DNA of 32,021 nucleotides, from assembly GCA_026983815.1 (NCBI GenBank), contig JALSTJ010000415.1, positions 1 to 32,021 of the forward strand. Reading direction: 5' to 3'. Origin of the DNA: Flavobacteriales bacterium (lineage in GTDB: Bacteria; Bacteroidota; Bacteroidia; Flavobacteriales; Flavobacteriaceae). How positions within the stretch are numbered: position 1 is the first letter of the stretch; each line of letters starts with the position of its first letter. The notes beneath the pieces were generated by a model. It saw nothing but the letters and a program-made list of their open reading frames with translations. It did not search any database and was not told the DNA's origin. Positions 8,866-17,600 of this stretch are shown in pieces. The translations under genes were made by a program, and so were the position numbers.

Positions 8866-8912
8866 AATGAAAGGTTTTTTGTGAAAAACACAAGTTAAAA
8901 ACATGTAAATTT

Positions 8913-8954
8913 AATAAAAAAAACAATACTCATGAATTTTCATGAGTATTGTTT
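8913..8954 (-). terminator. Rho-independent terminator after the OmpA-family gene
   Basis: Perfect inverted repeat AAACAATACTCATGAA (8921..8936) / TTCATGAGTATTGTTT (8939..8954). On the minus strand the stem is followed by a U-run (plus-strand A-run 8916..8923). Confidence 0.8.
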
Positions 8955-8973
8955 ATTACAAATTGAAGTTTTA

Positions 8974-10710
8974 TTATTTTTTTGAAGTATCAATAATGAT
9001 AAATTCAGATCTTCTGTTTTGTCTGTGTTCCATTTCGGTACACTTGACGCCATCTTTACATTTATTAACTAATTGAGTTTCTCCATATCCTTTTGCTGTT
9101 ATACGTGCAGGGTCAATTCCACTGTCAATTATATATTTTTTGGTAGCTTGGGCTCTTTTTTCAGAGAGTTTTAAATTAAATTCAGCACTACTTCTGGAGT
9201 CCGTATGTGAACGGATATCAAGTTTTAAATAGGGATATTTTCTAAGAACGGCTATAACCTTTTCCAATTCAATGGCTGCTCTGGGACCAATATCAAATTT
9301 TCCATATTCAAAATATATAGGTTTGAGTTTTAATATTTTACCTAAATCTTTTCCTTTTACAATAACTTCTTTTTTTGGAATGGCTACTTTAATTTTATCT
9401 TGCATTTTTGAGAATAAATCTTTTACATCTCCTTTTTTAATTTCATTGGATTTGTAGAAAACATAAATATCATCTCTACTTTTTTCTTTATTTCTATTGG
9501 AAGCAAAATATCCGTATTTTTCATCTTTACTAATAGCAAAAGAGAAATCATCTTGGGGGGAATTGATTGGTTTTCCAAGATTAAGAATATCACCAATCAT
9601 ACCGTTTTCATCCAAGTCTGCAACAAAAATATCTAAACCTCCATATCCTAATTGACCATCAGATGTAAAATATATTTTGTCTTTAGTTACATAAGGGAAA
9701 TTTTCCCTTTCAGTTGTATTGATTTTAGGTCCTAAATTTTGTGGATAACTATATGAATTATCATCATAGATTTCTACATACCAAATATCTGAATTTCCAA
9801 AAGTTCCGGGCATATCCGAAACAAAATATAATCTTTTGCCATCAGGGCTAAGAGCGGGACTTGTGAAAGTATAATTTTCACTGTTAAATGGAAGTTCTTC
9901 AACGGTTTTCCATTTTCCGTCTATCTTTTCTGCTCTGTAAATTTTGAGTTTGCTGAGATTGGCATCCGAATATTCTGCTTTTTTATAACTATTTCTTGAG
10001 AAATACATAGTTTTTCCATCGGGTGTGATGGTAGCTGAAGATTCATGATATTCTGTATTGATATCACCATCCAAAGGTTTTACTCCTGTAACATCATTGG
10101 GTGCATTGATGGTTGCCTCAAACAAGTCGAAATAAGGTTGTCCGTTTTGCCAATTTTTTTTATATCCGACTGGTGCATGTCCTGCGGATGTAAATATTAA
10201 TTTTTTTCCAAAAATAACGGGGGCAAAATCCGAATATTCCGTGTTTACATTTTTTAAACTATCTATTTTATAACTACTATATTCCAAAGGAATATCATTG
10301 TCATATAAAATATAAGATTTTTTCTTGATTAGATTGGATCGAAATTTATCATCTACCAAGGTGTAGTATTTTTGTAAATATTCATTTCCTTTTTCTTTTT
10401 GTCCGGAAGCTTTAAGACATTGAGCATATCGGAAATAATATTCGGGTTCAGGATTTTCTCCTAATTTAAACAGTTTGTGATACCATTTGAGCGCCTCTTT
10501 ATAATCAGCTGTTTTAAAATAGGAGTCTCCCAATTTTTTATACAAATATCCTGATACATAACCTCTTTTAGCTACTTTTAGATATATATCCCGTGCTTTG
10601 ATATATTCATAACCTTCATATAATTCATCAGCTTTTTTTACTTCTTTTTGTCCAAAGCTCCAAGCAGGAATTATTAAAAATACTATGATGTATAAAATTT
10701 TTTTTCTCAT
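8974..10710 (-). CDS. OmpA-family protein with N-terminal TPR-like region and TolB/WD40-like beta-propeller repeats
   Basis: Signal peptide MRKKILYIIVFLIIPAWSFGQ followed by TPR-like helices (YKEALKWYHKLFKL...). PD40-type repeats are present (ITPDGKTMYFS, LSPDGKRLYFVSD, KIYFTSD, YGYFASNR). The C-terminal OmpA domain reads IRSHTDSRSSAEFNLKLSEKRAQATKKYI...GYGETQ...NRRSEFII. Confidence 0.85.
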   Translation of the reverse strand: MRKKILYIIVFLIIPAWSFGQKEVKKADELYEGYEYIKARDIYLKVAKRGYVSGYLYKKLGDSYFKTADYKEALKWYHKLFKLGENPEPEYYFRYAQCLKASGQKEKGNEYLQKYYTLVDDKFRSNLIKKKSYILYDNDIPLEYSSYKIDSLKNVNTEYSDFAPVIFGKKLIFTSAGHAPVGYKKNWQNGQPYFDLFEATINAPNDVTGVKPLDGDINTEYHESSATITPDGKTMYFSRNSYKKAEYSDANLSKLKIYRAEKIDGKWKTVEELPFNSENYTFTSPALSPDGKRLYFVSDMPGTFGNSDIWYVEIYDDNSYSYPQNLGPKINTTERENFPYVTKDKIYFTSDGQLGYGGLDIFVADLDENGMIGDILNLGKPINSPQDDFSFAISKDEKYGYFASNRNKEKSRDDIYVFYKSNEIKKGDVKDLFSKMQDKIKVAIPKKEVIVKGKDLGKILKLKPIYFEYGKFDIGPRAAIELEKVIAVLRKYPYLKLDIRSHTDSRSSAEFNLKLSEKRAQATKKYIIDSGIDPARITAKGYGETQLVNKCKDGVKCTEMEHRQNRRSEFIIIDTSKK

Positions 10711-10722
10711 ATAACTATGCTT

Positions 10723-11637
10723 TTAAAAGAACCTGGGTGATTGAAAACGGGCACTATTTTCGTCGGTTGATAAATAATATCTGATAAAGCCTTCGTGAGA
10801 ACCATAATTGGTTCTGTAAAAACGACTTTGATCCCAATCGAAAGCATAACCCATATGCAATTTCCTGGTTACATTTACACCTATAAGCAAACTGTATGCC
10901 GAATTGAATCTGTAAGCAATTCCGGTAGTAAGAGTTTCACTCCATTTCATATTGATACTCAATTCGGCTGAAATGGGTAATTGGTCGGAATATCTAATTA
11001 AAAAAGAAGGTTGTAAAATACTTCTCTTAGATAAATTGAAATTATATCCTCCCATAAAATAGGCATGTAAAAGTCTTTTATCTTGTTCGTATTGGTTGTT
11101 TTTATGAATTTTTTGCAAATTTAAATTAGGTGTTGAAATACCCAAATACCAATTCTCTGCATATAAAAATGCTCCTAATCCAACATCAAAATCTATGGCA
11201 TTATAATCTTCTGAAAAAATATTTTCGGAATCTTTGATTAATAGTTTGTTTAGGTCAAATTTGTGATTGTAAATTCCAGCATCTACTCCTAAGGAAAGAA
11301 ATGTAAAATAATCTAATTCTAAATTGTAAGCAAACTGGAATTTTCCAATGATTTTAGAAACGGGACCAGCATCATCTTTGGATAATTCTATTCCAAATGC
11401 TGCTTTTTCCAAAGGATATTGAAATGATAGATTTGTAGTTGTAGGGGCGCCACTTACTCCTACCCATTGGGATCGGTGCAAAAGTGCAACCGATATTTTT
11501 CCATCCACTCCAACATATCCCGGATTAATCCCTCCTTTATTATACATATATTGTGTAAACAAAGGAAAATCTTGAGCTTGAATGCTACTTATTACAAGTA
11601 TTATCAAAAGCAATCCTATGTAAAGTTTTTTATTCAT
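10723..11637 (-). CDS. T9SS membrane protein, PorP/SprF family
   Basis: From the ATG at 11637 the protein begins MNKKLYIGLLLIILVISSIQAQDFPLFTQYMYNKGGINPGYVG, the typical PorP/SprF N-terminus (Q.D..FSQYM.N....NPAY.G). It is about 304 aa of beta-barrel-like sequence. The start overlaps the stop of the upstream giant gene (TAATG). Confidence 0.85.
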   Translation of the reverse strand: MNKKLYIGLLLIILVISSIQAQDFPLFTQYMYNKGGINPGYVGVDGKISVALLHRSQWVGVSGAPTTTNLSFQYPLEKAAFGIELSKDDAGPVSKIIGKFQFAYNLELDYFTFLSLGVDAGIYNHKFDLNKLLIKDSENIFSEDYNAIDFDVGLGAFLYAENWYLGISTPNLNLQKIHKNNQYEQDKRLLHAYFMGGYNFNLSKRSILQPSFLIRYSDQLPISAELSINMKWSETLTTGIAYRFNSAYSLLIGVNVTRKLHMGYAFDWDQSRFYRTNYGSHEGFIRYYLSTDENSARFQSPRFF

Positions 11638-14600
11638 TATTTTAAAATATATAAATAACCGGCTTTGTTTTTCCATTTTCCATCTTCTTTATATTCAAAC
11701 ATATAATAATAAGTTCCGGAAGGCAATTTTTTGCCATTTAATCCAAAACCTTTAAATTTCACATTATTATTATCATAATTTTTGCCTTCCCAAACTTTAT
11801 AATGCCAACGATCCACAATCAATACTTTATTTTCGGGATATTTATCTACATTTTCTATGAACATAAAGTCATTCTTTCCATTTCCATTGGGTGAAATAGC
11901 ATTATAGATTATGATTTCTCTATCATCGGTATCATCTAAATAATCGGGTATTCCATCTGAATCGGTATCAATTGCATCATCGGGTTCATGATTTCCGTTA
12001 TCATCTGCATGTTCATTCAAAGTGAGAATACCATCATCATCATCATCGTTATCTAAATAATTAGGTGTTCCATCCCCATCTGTGTCGTCATTGGTAGGGT
12101 CTCCATCTTGAGGATAATTGTTATGAATGTCTACATCTTCATATATGGTATAAATTCCGTCTCCATCATCATCTATATCCAAGTAGTTGGGTATTCCATC
12201 ATTATCGGTATCCAAGGCATCATCGGGATACCCATTGGTATTGTCGTCAGGATGTTCATCGGCAGTTAATACCGCATCATTATCATCATCGGTATCCAGA
12301 TAGTCAAGAATTGAATCACTATCGGAATCTTGATAAGAATAGTTGATAGTTCCGCTATCTGGAGAGGTTTCCAAGGAATCGGGCATTCCGTTATTTCCAA
12401 CGGTTCCATCATCCGTTCCGTCCATATTGGCATCGGTTGCGGCAGTTTGACCGGATTCTACAATATCGAACAAACCATCGTTATCGGAATCCAAATCAAA
12501 ATGATTTGGAATGCCATCTCCATCGGTATCAAAACCGGGTTCTATTTGGTTGTTGTCATCTCCTATAGTATTATCATTGTCATCATCATCCAAATATGCA
12601 GGAACATAATCATTATCATTATCTGCGGAAGGATTTACACCACCGGCTTCATCTATATCGGGTATTCCATCATTATCATCGTCAATATCTGTATAATCGG
12701 GTATTCCATCTTGATCATTGTCTTCCATGTGATCATCCAAATAATCAGGAATTCCATCATGATCGGTATCCCAAGCATCTTCGGGTTCATGATTTCCATT
12801 GTCATCGGGATGTTCGTTGATAGTTAGAATGCCATCATTGTCATCATCATCATCTAAATAGTTGGGAATTCCGTCCCCATCGGTATCATCATTGGTGGGG
12901 TTACCATCTTGCGGATAATTATTGGGTAATTCGATATCTTCAAAATCGGTATAAATACCATCACCATCATCATCTCTATCCAAGAAATTGGGACTGGCGT
13001 CGTTATCGGTATCCAAGGCATCATCGGGATATCCATTGGTATTATCATCCGGATGTTCATCGGTAGTAGGAATATGGTCATTATCGTCATCAGTATCCAG
13101 AAAATCAGGATTTCCATCATTATCAGTATCTTGTAAAGTAAAAATCAAGGAGCCACTATCGGCAGGGTTTTCCAAATCATCAACTAATCCGTTGGTTCCT
13201 ACATTTCCTTCGAGTTTTCCATCCATATCAGCATCAGTTCCCACTGGAATGGAAAGTCGACCGGACTCTGCGGTGTCCCAGACTCCATCATTATCGGAAT
13301 CGTAATCTAAGAAGTTGGGAATATTGTCGCCGTCAAAATCATATGCAGGTTCTACAATGCCATTATCATTTCCTATTGCAGGATCCGAGTCATCGTCATC
13401 CATGAATACAGGAATGTTATCTCCATCGTCATCGGTTAGAGGATCAATTCCACCTGATTCATCTATATCGGGGATACCATCATTATCATCATCTATATCT
13501 ACGTTATCCAAAATTCCGTCATTGTCATAATCATTTCCATCCAAATAATCAGGGATACCATCATTATCAGAATCCCAAGCATCTTCGGGTTCATGGTTTC
13601 CATTGTCATCGGGATGTTCATTAATTGTTAATATTCCATCATTATCATCATCGGTATCCAAATAGTTGGGTATACCATCATCATCAGTATCGTCGTTGGT
13701 AGGATCTCCATCTTGAGGATATGTATTTGGTAAAGCAATATCTTCGAAATCGGTGTAGATTCCATCGCCATCGTCATCACGGTCATGATAGTTAGGATCT
13801 CCGTTGCTATCGGTATCCAGAGCATCATCGGGGTATCCATTTCCATTATCATCCGGATGTTCATTGATGGTGGGAATATGGTCATTATCGTCGTCGAAAT
13901 CCAAGAAATCATCTGAAGTGTCATTATCCCAATCCATTATAGAGTAGTTAATGTTTCCACTATCCGGTGTGGTTTCCAAAATATCTGCCAAACCATTGGT
14001 TCCGACATTGTCATCCAATTGACCATCAAAATTTGCATCAGTTGCCACAGTTTGACCGGATTCTGTTAAATCATATAATCCATCACCATCGGAGTCAAGA
14101 TCTAAATGATTGGCAATACCGTCATTATCCAGATCCCATGCTGCTTCTACAGTTCCGTTATCGTTTCCAATACTATTGTCATTATCATTATCATCTAGAT
14201 ATACGGGTACGCCGTCATTGTCGTTATCAACAAAAGGATTTTGCCCATTATATTCTCTTGTATCCGGAATTCCATCGTTATCATCATCTAAATCGGTACT
14301 ATCTGGAATACCGTCTCCATCGCTATCTATACCATCAATATTATCAAGATAATCCGGTGTTCCATCATTATCGGAATCCCAAGCATCTTCAGGTTCATGG
14401 TTGCCGTTATCATCGGGGTGTTCAAAGGCGGTATCTATTCCATCATTATCATCATCGGTATCTAAATAATTAGGAATTCCATCTCCGTCGGTATCGTCAT
14501 TAGTGGGATCACCGTCTTGAGGATAATTGTTGGGTAGTGCAATGTCTTCGAAATCGCTATAAATACCATCTCCATCATCATCTCTATCGATGTAATTAGG

Positions 14601-17600
14601 GTTCCCGTCATTGTCAGTATCCAAGGCATCATCGGGGTAACCATTATGGTTGTTATCCGGTTGTTCTCCTGTGGTAGGTATATGATCATCATCATCATCA
14701 GTGTCCAAGAAATTATAGTAACTATCATTATCGGTATTAATTAATGTATAATTGATAGTTCCGCTATCCGGAGAAGTTTCTACATTATCTACCAATCCAT
14801 TACTTCCGACACTGCCTTCTAAAATTCCATCGGAATTTGTATCGGTTCCTGTTGTTTGTCCGGATTCTGCAGCATCAAAAAGTCCGTCGCCATCAGAATC
14901 TTTATCAAAATGATTGGGGACCCCATCGCCGTCAATATCAAAGGCGGGCTCAATTTGTCCATTATTATCACCTATGGTATTATCGTTGTCATCATCATCT
15001 AAATAAACGGGAACACCATCGTTGTCTGCGTCTGTTAAGGGATCAATACCGCCTGACTCATCCGTGTCCGGAATTCCATCATTGTCATCATCTATATCTA
15101 TACTATCGGCAATGCCATCATTGTCATGGTCATCAGCCACATTATCATAAAAGTCAAGATAATTTGGTGTTCCATCACCATCAGAATCCAGGGCATCATC
15201 GGGGATATGGTTTCCATCATCATCAGGATGTTCGTTTATGGTTAAAATACCGTCATTATCATCATCATTATCCAAATAATTTGGGATACCGTCAAGGTCG
15301 GTATCGTCATTCATAGGATTTCCATCAACAGGAAAATTGTTGGGTAATTGTATGTCTTCAAAATTGGTATAAATACCATCGCCATCATCATCTCTGTCGA
15401 GATAGTTTGGTATTCCATCACCATCAGTATCTAAAGCATCATCGGGATATCCATTGGAATTATCATCGGGATGTTCATTCATAGTCAATACATGGTCATT
15501 ATCATCATCTCGATCCAGAAAATCATTAAAGAAATCGCTATCTGTATTTTGCAAAGTATAATTGATAGTTCCACTGTCCGGAGAAGTTTCTACATTATCT
15601 ACCAATCCGTTTGTTCCAACACTTCCTTCTAAGATTCCATCGGAATTGGTATCTGTTCCGGTAGTTTGTCCGGATTCTACTGCATCAAGAATTCCATCAT
15701 TATCAGAGTCTAAATCGAAATGGTTAGGAATTCCATCATTATCAATATCATATAATGGTTCGATTTGTCCATTGGCGTCGCCAACGGAATTATCATTATC
15801 ATTATCGTCTAAATATAAAGGAACTCCATCGCCATCAGCATCAGTAAGAGGATCCATTCCATTGGATTCATCTACATCTGGAATACCGTCATTATCATCA
15901 TCAATATCTACATTGTCATCAATTCCATCATTATCATGGTCATTGGGATTAATATCATAAGGGTCTAAGTAATTTGGTGTTCCATCATTGTCATCATCAA
16001 TGGCATCTTCGGGTTCATGGTTTCCGTTATCATCCGGATGTTCATCAATTGTTAATGTGCCGTCATTATCATCATCATTATCTAAATAATTGGGAATTCC
16101 ATCTAAATCGGTATCATCATTCATGGGATTACCATCTTGAGGATAGTTGTTGGGTAAAGCAATATCTTCAAAATCGGTATAAATTCCATCGCCATCATCA
16201 TCTCTATCCAAATAATTGGGTATTCCGTCAAAATCCGTATGCAGGGCATCTTCGGGATATCCATTATGATTATCATCGGCATGTTCGTTGGAGGTGAGAA
16301 CATGATCATTATCATCATCGCGATCTAAGAAATCAGAGAATAGGTCATTATCGGTATTTTGTATCGTATAATTTATTGTTCCGGAATCGGGGGAAGTTTC
16401 TACTTCATCTGCCAAACCATTAGCGCCAACATTTCCATCCAGCATTCCATTCATATCGGCATCTGTTCCGACAGGAACGGTAAGTCTTCCGGATTCAGCT
16501 GTATCCCACAATCCGTCTCCATCTGAATCTAAATCGAAATGATTGGGAATTCCGTCATTATCAATATCATAAAGAGGTTCTATTTGTCCATTATCATTTC
16601 CGATGGTATTGTCATTGTCGTTATCATCGAGATAAACGGGTACACCATCATTATCTGCATCGGTTAGGGGGTCTATTCCGTTAGATTCATCAGTATCCGG
16701 TATTCCGTCGTTATCGTCATCCAAATCTACATTATCTTCTATTCCATCATTATCATGATCATTAGGATTTGTAATATGATCTAGATAGTCGGGTGTTCCA
16801 TCGCCATCTGTGTCCAGTGCATCTTCGGGTTCATGGTTTCCGTTATCATCGGGGTGTTCGTTAATGGTAAGTGTTCCATCATTATCATCATCTTCATCGA
16901 GATAATTGGGTATACCGTCATTATCGGTATCGTCATTTTGGGGGTTCCCATCTTGAGGATAATTATTTGGGAGGGCAATATCTTCATAGACTGTATAAAT
17001 TCCATCGCCATCATCATCCGGATCGAGATAATTATAAATGGTATCATTATCGGTATCTAAACCATCATCTGGATATCCGTTCCCATTATCATCTGGATGT
17101 TCATTTATAGTCGGAATTGAATCATTGTCATCATCTTTATCTAGATAATCGGGATTGGAGTCTGAATCGGTATCTTGAATGGTATAATTGATAACGCCAC
17201 TATCAGTAACTGTTTCTACTTCGTCGCAAAGTCCATTAGTTCCAAAGGGACCTTCAAGGTATCCATCATGGTTTACATCATTTCCGGATGTTCTGCCGGA
17301 TTCAGCTGCATCATATAATCCATCACCATCCGAATCCAAATCAAAATGATTGGGGATTCCATCCAGGTCAAAATCAAAAGCGGGTTCTACAAAGTTGTTA
17401 TTATCTCCAATAGAATTATTATTATCATCATCATCCAGATAAACAGGAACACCATCGCCATCGGCATCGGTTAGAGGATCGATTCCCCCACTTTCAATAA
17501 CATCAGGAATCCCGTCATTATCATCATCAATATCAATATTATCTCGGATTCCATCATTATCATGGTCAAGTGGATCATTAACGGGATCGAGATAATCGGG